From Octopus vulgaris (lineage: Eukaryota): a DNA stretch of 64,000 nucleotides. Below the pieces are notes generated by a model that saw only the letters and a list, made by a program, of their open reading frames with translations, made no database searches and was not told the DNA's origin. Of this stretch, positions 13,277 through 27,044 are shown one piece after another (position 1 is the stretch's first letter; every line of letters begins with the position of its first letter). The DNA lies in contig OX597839.1 of NCBI GenBank assembly GCA_951406725.2, positions 5,022,001 to 5,086,000 on the forward strand. The letters run 5' to 3'. A program made the position numbers and the translations under genes.

Positions 13277-13489
13277 GCGTATATATATATACATATGTGT
13301 GTGTGTGTGTGCGGTGGGGGGGCGGCGTAGAATGAAAAATAAAAACTATAATTTTTTTCTTGGAATTTTTCCTTTGTTAAAACAGGAAAATTAATTAGCC
13401 GAACTTTCTCTTACGTTCGTTATATTTAATCCAATTGTTCATAATCCTATTGACAGTATTAATAATTCTTGTTGCCACCGTCTTCATCG

Positions 13490-13521
<32 letters not shown>

Positions 13522-13834
13522 TTCATCTTCATCTCCAGTATCGTCTTCTTTTATTCTTCTTACACTTGTGATGTTGTTGTGTTCGTTACAGTTTTCCCTT
13601 TATCATGTCTCTCGCAGATATCATCATCATCTTTATTTTCTCCCTTGTCTACCGCATTTCTCATCCTCTTTCTTCATCATCTCCTCCCCCTTCTTCTTCT
13701 TCTTCTTAATCATTGACTTTTTTCTTTTCGACCTCTTCTTCTTTATGCTTTGATGGAATTTCATCATTTCATTTTGGCGTTAGTATTTCTTCGTTTCTTA
13801 GATTTTTTTCCCTTTTACAGTTTATATTGCTCAC

Positions 13835-13870
<36 letters not shown>

Positions 13871-14263
13871 TATTATTGTTATCAATATCAACCTTATCAT
13901 TATTATTGTAATTATTATTGTTATTTTTATTATTGTTGTTTTTGTTGTTCTTTCTTCTTTAACAGTTACCCTAAAACCTTCGTCCCACTACCCACACGTC
14001 TAATATACTCCACCCCCCCGCGGTCCCTATACCCATCGCTCCATTATTCCTCGGAGAATCATTCCCCCATCGAACTGATTAACCTTTATGCAGCTCAACT
14101 CATGATTTAAAAAAAAAAACAAGAAAAACAAAAACAACTACAACACAAAAGACAAACACCACAATAGAAATACAAAATACAGACTCCTAAAAAACACACA
14201 AAGAAATCATTATTTGAAGCAGTTTTAATAAGAAGTTAGAACGATATAGACATTGCTGTCCTT

Positions 14264-14303
<40 letters not shown>

Positions 14304-14330
14304 AGAGAGAGAGAGAGAGAGAGAGAGAAT

Positions 14331-14365
<35 letters not shown>

Positions 14366-14502
14366 TATAAATATATATTTATATATGTATATATATAAAT
14401 ATATATATATGTATATACATATATGTATATACGTATATATATATGTATGTATATATATATATATATATACACACACACATATATGTATCTATATATATAT
14501 GG

Positions 14503-14553
<51 letters not shown>

Positions 14554-14791
14554 ATTTAAGCATATAAACATTTAATTAAATTTATACAGTGGATGTGATT
14601 TTGAGCTTCATAGAGTGTGCATGTAAAACGTGTATGCGTGTGAGAGCATGTGCATGCGTGTGTGAGTGTGTGTGTGTTCGTCCGTGGCTCGTGTGTGAGT
14701 GAGTGCGTGTGTGTGTGCTCGTGCATAAGGGTATGCATACTCAAAATATATAACAAACTTACAACACAGGACTTTTCGTAGAATCTAGACT

Positions 14792-14827
<36 letters not shown>

Positions 14828-14964
14828 CATACACACACACACACACATATATATAAGTTAAAATACGTATAGTAAATGCACTGTCGAATGGACACCAGAC
14901 GCAGGAAGTCTACATCCTTCATGAGTAATCAACCAGGGTCAGATGTAATTTCGTTGGTTTAACG

Positions 14965-15027
<63 letters not shown>

Positions 15028-15032
<5 letters not shown>

Positions 15033-15192
15033 ATCCAAACATGAAAACACAAAAACGGGAGGACGTGGAACAAATATAGTATTATTTGACGCTCAGGAGC
15101 GGGGCTCTTCGTCAGAAACATAGGAAAAGGAAAGATCCAAAGAAGGGAAGACGGAGGAAAAAAAACGCCAACGGTACACACGCGGTCACATT
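15028..15192 (-). mobile_element. Short (TA)n-flanked element, same family as 51910-52033, with hammerhead remnant
   Basis: Shares gaagacggagg...cgccaacg..cac..g.gg..acatt with 51989-52033; minus strand CTGACGA-a-gagc(ccc)gctc but GAAA missing. Confidence 0.6.
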
Positions 15193-15217
15193 ATATATAT
15201 ATATATATATATATATA

Positions 15218-15363
15218 CAAGATAAGAAAATGGAGAAATACATCTAAATCAAATATCAATTACCAGCTAATACTCAATCACATACTTTATTAAACCACTA
15301 CATAAGAGACTGTAGGGTTAAATTGATATTTGATTTAGACGTATTTCTACATTTTCTTATCTT
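15218..15363. repeat. Inverted repeat, ~43-bp arms, next to (TA)n
   Basis: caagataagaaaatggagaatacatctaaatcaaatatcaatt ... aattgatatttgatttagacgtatttctacattttcttatcttg. Confidence 0.88.
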
Positions 15364-15538
15364 GTATTAGTAATTTGTGGTAAATCGTTTAACCTTTGTC
15401 CATATAATACAGTAAATGAATTAATTGCATCGCAATCATTAACATTTATGTATTAACTTTGTTGGGTACTTCACTAGCAGTATATTGGATATATGTTATC
15501 CCATGGAGGGTTGCATTTACAACCCCTATCTCAATTTG

Positions 15539-15584
<46 letters not shown>

Positions 15585-15706
15585 CGATCATTCTCGGGTC
15601 CTTTTGCTGCTATATTGAGTCCGAATTTTACATTCTTTTCTGTAAAACGCCAACTCCCTCAGTGTTTATAAACCATCATTACATACGCGCACACATACAC
15701 ACAGTT

Positions 15707-15785
<79 letters not shown>

Positions 15786-15792
15786 TATATAA

Positions 15793-15889
<97 letters not shown>

Positions 15890-16261
15890 TATATTTATAT
15901 ATATATGTGTATATGTATATATACATATATATGTATATATACATATATATATCTATATATATGTATGTATGTATGTATGTATGCATAATGGGGAGTGCTG
16001 AAAACTTCTTTGCATTAAAGGTATGCCGAAAGTCTTTGTTGGAGGCCTATCATCTGAGTTCTTTTACAGGGTTTAGAAGAACTGAATAATGCTTGGAGAG
16101 AAACTACAAGTATTCAATGCATCGCTACGCGCGTTTCTACATGTCACTTGTCTCTAAGTATCACAGTCCGTATTCCTGGGAAGATTACTAAGCATTCCGT
16201 ACAATCCGTGGGGAACGGGCTGATTATCTTCATGTATTCATTTCTTTACACTTATACACTT

Positions 16262-16666
16262 TTACACTTTTACTTGTTTCAGTCATTTGACTGCGGCCAT
16301 GCTGGAGCACCGCCTTCAATCGAGCAACTCGATCCCGGGACTTATTCTTTTGTAAGCCCAGTACTTATTCTATCGGGTTCTTTTGCCGAACCGCTAAGTA
16401 ACGGGGACATAAACACACCAGCACCGGTTGTCATGCAATGCTAGGTGTACAAACACAGACACACAAACACACACACGCATATATTTATACATATACATAA
16501 ATACGACGGGCTTCTTTCAGTTTCCGTCTACCAAATCCACTCACAAGGCATTGGTCGGCCCGGGGCTATAGCAAAAGACACTTGCCCAAGATGCCACGCA
16601 GTGGGACTGAACCCGAAAGCATGTGGTTGGTTAGCAAGCTACTTACCACACAGCCACTCCTGCGCC
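16262..16666 (-). mobile_element. SINE family A, full length
   Basis: Matches 5769-6179 and 25790-26194. Confidence 0.93.
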
Positions 16667-17489
16667 TTTAGAGATATAACATTATTGAACGTCCTTAATG
16701 TCCGTCAGGCTGCGTATGGCAAACTTTTAAAGTATCGGCCACTCTCTGATGTCTATCGTCGAACATGTGGCGACGCTTACCCATGTTTTCCTGCTGGAGC
16801 GATAAAGGGGTTTAGATTACCGGAAATAGAAATAATTTAAGAATCTCGCCCTTCCTACACCAATAATATAATGATGAAAATTTATTTCAAAATATCAATT
16901 AAAGCGAAACGGATTCGTCGACAAGGATACTGTGATTGAAACAGAAATTGGGAAAGAGTAGGTTAGAAGGAGAAAGGGACGAATTTGAGAGGAGCCTGCA
17001 AGAATGAGGTCAACACAAAAAGAGAAATCGAGAGAGAGAGAGAGAGAGTAAATGGAAGAAAGGGTAGAAGAGAAGGAGGAGGGTAGAAAGGTAAGAAGAG
17101 AGTGAGAGAAATAGAGAGAGATGTGAGTGAAGAGAGTGTAGAAAGAAAAAAAGAGAAAATGAGAGATAACATGTTTTATGTGAAGAGTAAATCCTAGCGA
17201 CGAGGTGTTTAATTGCTGTTTTATGTGCAAAAAATTAAGAAGGGACATTTTCAACCGTTTCAATTTTTATTGGGCAACAATAGGGATCAGAATTTGACAT
17301 TATTGGGAGAGGAATGTCTCAAGATTAGACTGGACGTATGGTCGTAAACAAACAAGAGCAAAAACCAAGAAAAATATCGTCAACAACGAAACGTTCCGAT
17401 ATGGCGGATATATTTTAGAACTAAAATGCGAGCGTGATTTCTTCTTTACGATAATACTCACATAAGAGGGAATATTTTACGATTGATAT

Positions 17490-17544
<55 letters not shown>

Positions 17545-17691
17545 CCATGAGTGTGCCGTTTGTTAGATTGAGTGGAAATAGTGGTAGTGGAGGCGGTAGG
17601 AATGGCAGTGGATGTGTGTTAGCGAGGGAGAGAGTATTCGTTGTGGGGCATATACACACACACAGAGATACACACACAGACACACACACAT

Positions 17692-17722
<31 letters not shown>

Positions 17723-17873
17723 CATACAGAAGTGCAGGTGTGGCCGTGTGGTAAGAAACTTGGTTCCAAAACACATGATCCTAGGTTCAGTCCTACTGTG
17801 TCTTCTGCTATAGCCTCACACCAACAAAGCCTTGAGAGTGGATTTCGTAGATAGAAGCTGAAAGAAATCAATC

Positions 17874-17909
<36 letters not shown>

Positions 17910-17918
<9 letters not shown>

Positions 17919-18269
17919 TAAAAGGAATTCCAACCTTGTCTGATTTTCACGTTTTATTTACAATCTTATAATGATATATTATAAGATAATATAATATAAT
18001 AGAATAAAATAAAATAGTAGAATGTTAAATGTTCATTCTGATTGAACTAGTACTTTCATGCATTAAATTCTACAATCTTCAGGTTCATGTAGTAGTGGTG
18101 ACAGTCATGCTTCACAATTTTTCACTGAAAGTACTAGTTCAATCAGAATGAACATTTAACATTCTACTATTTTATTCTATTATAATATATTATCTTATAA
18201 TATATCATTATAAGATTGTAAATAAAACGTGAAAATCAGACAATGTTGGAATTCCTTTTATTAATATAT
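17910..18269. mobile_element. Fold-back element (~145-bp inverted arms, 67-bp spacer) at a (TA)n tract
   Basis: 17910-18058 is near-perfect reverse complement of 18126-18269. Confidence 0.92.
18043..18087 (-). ncRNA. Minimal type I hammerhead ribozyme
   Basis: tgaac-CTGAAGA-t-tgta(gaatttaa)tgca-t-GAAA-gtac-TA/gttca; 5-bp stem I, palindromic AGTACT stem III. Confidence 0.75.
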
Positions 18270-18284
18270 TCTTCTATACACAAT

Positions 18285-18335
<51 letters not shown>

Positions 18336-18529
18336 TGTCTCTCTCTCCAACATTTCTCTGCCTTTCACACTTTGCACTCTACTTTGATCTGTCTCCTTCT
18401 CTCCCTCTCTCTGTCTCTCTACTTCTCCTACTTTTCTCTTTTCTTGCCTCTGATTCTTTGGTCTACTCTTCCCCCACTCTCTCACATTTCTCTGTCTTTC
18501 TCACTTGCACTCACTGATTCCAAAATACG

Positions 18530-18864
18530 CCAGCTAAACTAAGTTGTACTGTTTATTAGTCGTAAGATACCCGCTGTTTTTGTCCTGTTTTTACCATTAT
18601 TGTTTTTTGTATTTTATATTCGTGTGGCATCGTCCGTTTTCTGTCCCTGTTTCGTATACATTCGATCCTTCTTCCAAGAAATCTAATGCTCGTAGCTTAG
18701 TTTTTCCTTCGGGCTGGCCGGATTGGAGCGATCTCAAGATTAATCAGCCGAAATTGCTAGGATGATCCGGTTCTTGACTGAAGATTGAAGGCTTCGAATG
18801 TCCCGTCCGTGTTTTTTGTATCGTCTTCTAAATGTTTTACGTTCTTGTCCCAGTTTGTATTTTC

Positions 18865-18868
<4 letters not shown>
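18530..18868 (+). mobile_element. Unclassified TA-associated interspersed repeat (family F)
   Basis: Reverse-complement similarity to 21535-21890 and 21015-21115 (cagccgaaa...gactgaaga.t.aaggc). Confidence 0.7.
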
Positions 18869-18913
<45 letters not shown>

Positions 18914-18914
18914 C

Positions 18915-19105
18915 ACCATCATAGGTCGTTAGCCACTCACACATTTTTTTCTCTCCTTGTTTTGTCTCGTTTTTTCTATGTCCCTTTCTGTAGAAGAGCG
19001 TAGGCTCGAAACGTAAAAGACTTTTTCTATTCCTCAGCATTATACTAATACATCTGTTTGTTTTGTACACCGGCTGTCTTCGTCATTCCTTTTTTCGTAA
19101 ACACT
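18915..19105 (+). mobile_element. ~190-bp TA-associated element (family E) with hammerhead-like motif
   Basis: Near-identical to 47648-47835; reverse copy at 25372-25495; partial at 53455-53500. Confidence 0.85.
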
Positions 19106-19981
19106 ATTACTGCTACATATTGAGATTGAACCGAGTAACGCATCATAACGAAGCAAACTTTTCCACCATACACCAACGACTACTGTCTTTTTATCTTCCG
19201 ATTAATATTCTTGGCGGTCGTGTTCACTTAAGTGTGATTATAGTGAAATTTGGTTGTTATTTCTAGCAGGTCGAATGCTAAAAGAGATATTCTCTGCAAG
19301 TGTCAAGCTTACGTGAATAAACCAATTAGCTATTCACCTGCATTCAATGCATATTTTGTTCAAATTATAAACGACACAAACAAGAACGCAAACATAAACA
19401 CACATAAAAAACCAGAAACACATTGGAAAAAACGTTAAAAACATTAAAATATAACGATGCTTAAATACCTAACAAAAATTGAATTATAAAACTACACGCC
19501 AACTCCATATACACAGCAGCAAAGAGAGGGCACATCTCTACAGAGGCTCGTTACCCTATACACACATTCACACAGACACACAGACACTACATGGGGGAAG
19601 AAAAAAAAAAAAACGAACTGAAAATATATAATGGAAAATGCGGTCAATGAAATTATAGGAATAAATAAATAAAATATATTTCCACTCTCTCTCTCTCTCC
19701 CTCTAAACATCCAACCGATCTTTGGATCTGTCTCTTAGGCTATCTTTCTTTCTTTCTCCATTTTGCTTTTTCTATTTCGCAATCTTATGGCTTCCAGCTT
19801 TGATTAAATTAATGAATCTGTTTTAACTACTTTTTACTATATATATGTGTATACATATATATAAATTTATATATATATATATATATATAAATTTATATAT
19901 ATGTATACACATACATATGTGCATATAAATAAATATATATCAATCTAGCACCGTCTTTTTCTCTCTGTCTCTCTCTCTCTC

Positions 19982-20016
<35 letters not shown>

Positions 20017-20096
20017 GTGTGTGAATATATATATAAATAAATAGACACTATAAATATATGTATTTGTAGAAACACACGTTAATACATAAACACTTG

Positions 20097-20150
<54 letters not shown>

Positions 20151-20191
20151 CATACATACATACACATAAAGACAGACAGATAGGCAGACAC

Positions 20192-20226
<35 letters not shown>

Positions 20227-20241
20227 CATAAACAGACACAT

Positions 20242-20293
<52 letters not shown>

Positions 20294-20529
20294 TTATATA
20301 AATTTCTGAGCGAATATATATACATGCATATACACACACACACACACACACACATATATATGTGTGTGTGTGTTAGTGTATAGATACAGCTTATGCTTAA
20401 TTTTGCTTTTTGTGCGGGGTTCTTATTAATTAGTGTATTTATTTCAATGTGACAATAAGGAAATGCAAGATTTTTTTTCTAACTCAGAGCGCATAACTAA
20501 GGGCAGCACCAGAAGTAGTGACACCGTGA

Positions 20530-20700
20530 AACAGCAGCAGCAGCAGCAGAGACAGAGACGTCGTAAGAATTGCACTAGCAGCACTAGTAGCTGCAGCAGT
20601 CATAGTAGTAACAGCAGAAGCAGCAGTAGTATTAGTAGTAGTCGTAGCTTCAGCAGCAGTAGTAACAGCACCAGCAGCAGCACCATCCTCAGTATTAGTA
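20530..20700. repeat. (CAG)n/(AGT)n low-complexity tract
   Basis: Direct observation. Confidence 0.85.
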
Positions 20701-20852
20701 TCAACAATTTCCAGAGATGATGTAAGATGCAGAATGAAAACAACAAGCCCCAAAAGATGATGGTGAGGAGAAAAGAAAAGAAATTAATACTGGGTATTGA
20801 GAAAAGATGAAAGTCAAAAGAAAATATATATACATGTATATAAGTATATATG

Positions 20853-20960
<108 letters not shown>

Positions 20961-20961
20961 C

Positions 20962-20992
<31 letters not shown>

Positions 20993-21152
20993 ATAAACCT
21001 TTACATAAATAAATAACGTGAAATACACGAAGGGACGAACAAAAAGACAAACGGGTAATTCAAAGCCTTCATTCTTCAGTCAGAAACTCATCCCTCATCG
21101 CAGATTTCGGCTGTTTTATATATATATATGTATATATGTATGTACATACATA

Positions 21153-21202
<50 letters not shown>

Positions 21203-21534
21203 TATACATATATATATATATAATATAAATAATATATATATGCATATATACGTACACACATGTACATATACATATATATGTATATACACATGCATATATG
21301 GGTACAGGACGTCATAAAACGTAAACAACATGAAAAGCGAGAACATGAAATACAAAAACATGGAAAACGAAGAATTTTGCGAACAATGAAGGAAACCAAT
21401 ACAAAAACGATACAGGCAAAATAATTACAATCCCTTCATCATTTGTCCACCGTTTTATCTACTCCGCATTTATGTATGTAGATGCATACATGTATATATG
21501 CATATAGGTATAAAAATTATATATAAAGAAACAA

Positions 21535-21890
21535 GAACGTGAAATATACAAAGGGACGAACACAGAAAACAGACGGGTCATTCGAAGCCTTTAATCTTCA
21601 GTCAGAAACCGGATCATCATAGCAAATTTCGGCTGATTAATCCTGATATTGCACCGACGCGGCCAGCCCTAATGAAAAACTAAGTTGCGAGCATTAGATT
21701 TCTTGGAAAAAGGATCGAATGTAAACAAAACAAGGACGGGAAAAACGGACGAAGCTACACGAATATAAATACCAAAAACGAAAACAATAATGAAAATAAA
21801 AACAAGAATGGTAATAACAGGATAAAAGCAGGTGTCTTACGACTTTAGACAAATTGAGACAAATTTAACTTATCTAGCAGGCGTGTTTGG
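21535..21890 (-). mobile_element. Family F copy
   Basis: Inverted homologue of 18530-18868. Confidence 0.7.
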
Positions 21891-21946
21891 AAAAATTGCC
21901 TTTTCGGCAGACAGGAGCGTTGTTGAACGGGCTGCGGTCACCAACG

Positions 21947-21987
<41 letters not shown>

Positions 21988-22583
21988 TATATTATTATAT
22001 GATCGAACGCCACGCATCCATTTCCAATTAAGTTTTACCTGAATAATCCTGATGCGACACTATCACTATCGCTATTTCTCTCTCTTCCTCTTTCTCTCTT
22101 CCTTTCTTTCTTCTCTCTCACCCTTTCTCTAATTCTCCTCCTTCACTGTTCTCTGTCTGTCCCTCTCTCTCCCTTATTCCTCCTATTCCTCATTGACTCT
22201 CTCGTTGCTCACACGTGACCAGCGGCCATATCTTTCCTTCTCATTAAGATACAAAGGATAGCAGACAAGTTTGTCTGTCGCCTGTGAAATCCTGTTTGTC
22301 CAGCGTTTACCACTTCACCTCGTTATGGCTTTACAACCCCTACCGTTTGTTTTAACTGTCCTGTTTTTTGTTACGAACTTTGACCCTCCACAAATCCCAA
22401 ATTTTATTTAATTTGCCTTGCAGGTGTGACTGTCTTAACGAAGACGCATCTTGTCCTAACGCTCGAAATGCGGAGTAGATAAAACAGTGGACAACTGATG
22501 AAGGGATTGTTCTTTATATTTCGTGTCTCGTTTTTCTATTTGTTTCTTTCACTGTTCGCAAAAAACTTCATTTTCCAAACACA

Positions 22584-22640
<57 letters not shown>

Positions 22641-23125
22641 CCACCCCACCACACATATATGAAATTATGACCGATAGAAGGAATACTAATGCCAAAAGGC
22701 AACCTTTATATCCATCTTCACGTGGCTACTTTACTAGAAATCCAAGTATTGCGCTATTTATCTCGAGAGGACCTGTTATATGAACGTATGGTGCATGCAG
22801 ACACACATATGTATATCGTTGGCGGACGAAAGTCGTCTTCTGCGGACACCTGAACTACCAGAAGACGCGAGTTTGATGTACCCTGTCAATTCAGTGGCAG
22901 ACAAACATGCGGGCTGAAACATAATCACATACACACAGATAGACCAGCAAATATATGCATATATTAATGACGAGAAGTAAGTGGGTAAACCATTATATTG
23001 CATATTTGTTGCAATTGTTTCATCGACAATATAACAGAAGGTATTATTGCTGGAATATTATAATATATGATATACGAAAAAAACACGGAAAAATATAACT
23101 ATATATACACATATACAGCACATTC

Positions 23126-23183
<58 letters not shown>

Positions 23184-23194
23184 ATGCATATATC

Positions 23195-23312
23195 GCCGTG
23201 ATCACCGTGACCGACCAAGGTATCAGATGCTGCTACACATCGCTGGTCACAATGCGCTTCGCACTGTTTTAGCCTTCAAATGACGCCACACCGGTGGCTA
23301 AGCGAGCAGGCT
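23195..23312 (-). mobile_element. SINE family C tail-i fragment (5'-truncated)
   Basis: Reverse complement of the 3' part of 40792-41078. Confidence 0.88.
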
Positions 23313-23314
23313 AA

Positions 23315-23327
<13 letters not shown>

Positions 23328-23378
<51 letters not shown>

Positions 23379-23460
23379 TATATATATGTATATATATATG
23401 TATATATAAATATGCATATATATATATATGTATATATATATGTATATATATATGTATATA

Positions 23461-23497
<37 letters not shown>

Positions 23498-23690
23498 GTA
23501 TATATATATGAATATATGTATATATATATATGTATATATGTATATATATATATGTATATATATATAATATATATGTATATATGTATATATATATATATAT
23601 GTATATGTATATATATATGTATATATGTATATAAGTATATATATATATATGTATATGTATATATATACACACATATATACATATATACAC
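23328..23690. repeat. (TA)n/(TATG) compound microsatellite
   Basis: Direct observation. Confidence 0.95.
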
Positions 23691-24521
23691 ACACCCACAC
23701 ACATGTATATATATGGAGTGAGAGAAGGGGTAACAGAGAAAGATAGAGGGGGAAAGATAGAGAGAGCGAGAGAGACAATGATGAAGTGAATTGCCGTTTC
23801 TTCTGAGCAAAAATTTCGGTACAGTCGAAGCCAACGGAAAAATGAACGAGGAAAAAAAAACCCCCAAAAAACAAGCAAGCAAACAAAAAGCAACGGAAAA
23901 CAAATATACAGATAAAAAAGAAAGAAAAAAAAGTAAGAAATGCATTAGAAATATATCGAGTTACAGTTTGAACTTCTTTATTCTATTTTCAAATTTTACT
24001 CCTGATTTTAGTAATATTTTTAACATCCGGTTAGCTAGTCGCCAATGCGGCTACAGATACCCAACACAACATTCTCCCAACCATCTTAGAAGGAAAAAAG
24101 ATTAATGTTAAAACAAGTAAAATAGTTGATGTATCATTTGTTTAATTTTTTTCAATTAGTCTTTTTGTCCTTCTTTGCATTTTTAGTGGGGAACGTAAAT
24201 GATAGTGAAAAGATTATCTTTTGCGATGCTTTGTGATCAATTTTATTTTATTCCTTCTAGTTTTTTTTATGAATAACTTAAGTAGAATAGCAAAGTTTTT
24301 CCAATTTTCGTTCTATTCTTCTATGGATCGTATTTCATTTCAGCTTATTAATAGTCATTTTTAAGTCAATGGAAGTGTCTCTCTTGCAACGTCATTATCA
24401 TAACCACAATAAATATATGTATGACAACATAATACATACATGCATGCGTACATAGATACATACAAACATAGTTACATCCATACGTACATACATACAAACA
24501 GACATGCATATATATATATAT

Positions 24522-24748
24522 GTTTCTTTACTACCCACTAGGGGCTAAACACAGAGGGGACAAACAAGGACAGACACACGGATTAAGTCGATTACATCGA
24601 CCCCAGTGCGTAACTGGTACTTAATTTATCGACCCCGAAAGGATGAAAGGCAAAGTCGACCTCGGCGGAATTTGAACTCAGAACGTAACGGCAGACGAAA
24701 TACGACTACGCACTTCTCCCGGCGTGGTAACGCTTCTGCTAGCTCGCC
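24522..24748 (-). mobile_element. SINE family B, full length
   Basis: Reverse complement of 29296-29526. Confidence 0.93.
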
Positions 24749-25217
24749 ATATATATATGGTGCCTCAGCACAGGCACAGGCGTGGCTGTGTGGTAAGAAG
24801 TTTGCTTCTCAACCACTTCAGTCACGCAGCGGCGTGATGTCTTTTGCTATAGCTCCAGGCCACGTAAGTCTCTGCATGTGAGTGCTTCTCTATGTGTATA
24901 TAGATGAATGTGTCTATAGTTCGTTTGCAATATTTAATCCAAAATATTAGGGAACGCAATACATAATTTGTTGTTGAATATTTTTGAACTGGTATTAACT
25001 TACTGGTTAATCTTGAGGGCGGAAAAGTAATCTGAGATTATCAATAAATGCCGACCTTCGCGAAATATCTACTGCTCAAATTAAAGAAAAGGCATCGCCT
25101 AAATGAGTGCATTATAAGAGGTATTCATCAAGACTTTTATTTTATACTACAATTATCTCTTTCTTTTAAAACTCTATGTTAAGGTCAAACGTATATACCA
25201 CGCTCTCTGTGCCTCTC

Positions 25218-25269
<52 letters not shown>

Positions 25270-25328
25270 AGAAATCTTAACAAGAAATTATCAGGTAGTT
25301 AGCGTGAGAGAAAAAAATCTGAAAATTT

Positions 25329-25371
<43 letters not shown>

Positions 25372-25373
<2 letters not shown>

Positions 25374-25495
25374 AAAAAAAAAACAAAAGACGAAGACAGG
25401 TGGTGTACAAAACAAACAGATGTATTAGTTAACGCTCAGGAATAGAAAAAGTATTTTACGTTTCGAACCTACGCCCTTCTACAGAAAGGGACAAA
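25372..25495 (-). mobile_element. Family E copy
   Basis: gacgaagacaggtggtgtacaaaacaaacagatgtattag...cgtttcgaacctacgcccttctacagaaaggg. Confidence 0.85.
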
Positions 25496-25789
25496 AAATA
25501 CAGGAAAGTTTAGAAAGTATATATATCATACATGTATATAAATTAGAGAAGAACCACCATGTAGCAATTCAACAATGATTTCCTTAAATCATACCATATA
25601 GAAAAAAATTAAAGATACGATAAAAACATTTACCTAGAACTAAATAGAGTACGAAATAATACATACATAAACATTTAAGTATATATGCATTTACCTGCGT
25701 ATGTATCTATTTTGCTATATATGTAAGTCTGTTTATATTTTCCAGCTTCATGGCGGCGACACCAATAATCCCTAATATTATATATATAT

Positions 25790-26194
25790 ACTCTTACTCT
25801 CTTTTACTTGTTTCAGTCATTTGACTGTGGCCATGCTGGAGCACCGCCTTTAGTCGAGCAACTCGACCCAGGACTTATTCTTTTTGTAAGCCCAGTACTT
25901 ATTCTATCGGTCTCTTTTGCCGAACCGCTAAGTGACGGGGACGTAAACACACCAGCATCGGTTGCCAAGCAATGCTGGGGGGACAAACACAGACACACAA
26001 ACACACACACATACATATATATATATACATATATACGACAGGCTTCTTTCAGTTTCCGTCTACCAAATCCACTCACAAGGCATTGGTCGGCCCGGGGCTA
26101 TAGCAGAAGACACTTGCCCAAGATGCCACGCAGTGGGACTGAACCCGGAACGATGCGGTTTGTTAGCAAGCTACTTACCACACAGCCACTCCTG
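25790..26194 (-). mobile_element. SINE family A, near full length
   Basis: Multi-copy match. Confidence 0.93.
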
Positions 26195-26614
26195 TATATA
26201 TATACACACATGCATTTGGTTACTCACCACCCTTTTTCTTTTTCTTCATCCTCTCCTTCCTTCCGATCTCTTGTTTGAAAAATGTCACAGACGCCATGTT
26301 ATTCTGCTTAACGCTCTTGCAAACTTGACAGCTTGCCTCCCTGGACTAATGACTTTCTAGTCGACCTCAAATGGATGAAAGGTAAATTTGACCTATATGT
26401 ATTCACGTTTGTATGAATGTATGTATGTATGCATGTCATTATTCAGTTTTACTTCAAGATTTCTTGCCAATAAAGAGCTGGTTTCTAACCTAGATTCAAG
26501 GCTTCTTCACTGAACCCGAAACCATGTGGTTCGTAAGCAACCTACTTACCACACAGCCACTCCTACGCCTATGTATGCTTATATGCATTTAAGTATTTAC
26601 CTGCGTATGTATCT

Positions 26615-27008
26615 CTTTCTCTTTCTCTTTTCTCTTTTACTTGTTTCAGTCATTTGACTGCGGCCATGCTGGAGCACCGCCTTTAGTCGAGCAAATCAAC
26701 CCCGGGTCTTATTCTTTGTAAGCCCAGTACTTATTCTATCGGTCTCTTTTGCCGAACCGCTAAGTAACGGGGACGTAAACACACCCAAGCAATGCTAGGG
26801 GGACAAACACAGACACACACATACATATATATATATACATATATACGACAGGCTTCTTTCAGTTTCCGTCTACCAAATCCACTCACAAGGCTTTGGTCGG
26901 CCCGGGGCTATAGCAGAAGACGCTTACCCAAGATGCCACGCAGTGGGACTGAACCCGGAACCATGTGGTTTGTTAGCAAGCTACTTACCACACAGCCACT
27001 CCTGCGCC
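26615..27008 (-). mobile_element. SINE family A, full length
   Basis: Multi-copy match; empty-site paralogue at ~25680-25753. Confidence 0.93.
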
Positions 27009-27044
27009 TATTTTGTTATGTATGTAAATCTGTTTATATTTTCC

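Noticed and set aside
18729-18800. Family F GAAA...CTGAAGA as a type II hammerhead
   Set aside because: Stems I and III cannot be formed in register.
22430-22515. ttgtcc/ggacaa-CTGATGA as a type III hammerhead
   Set aside because: No GAAA after the putative stem II.
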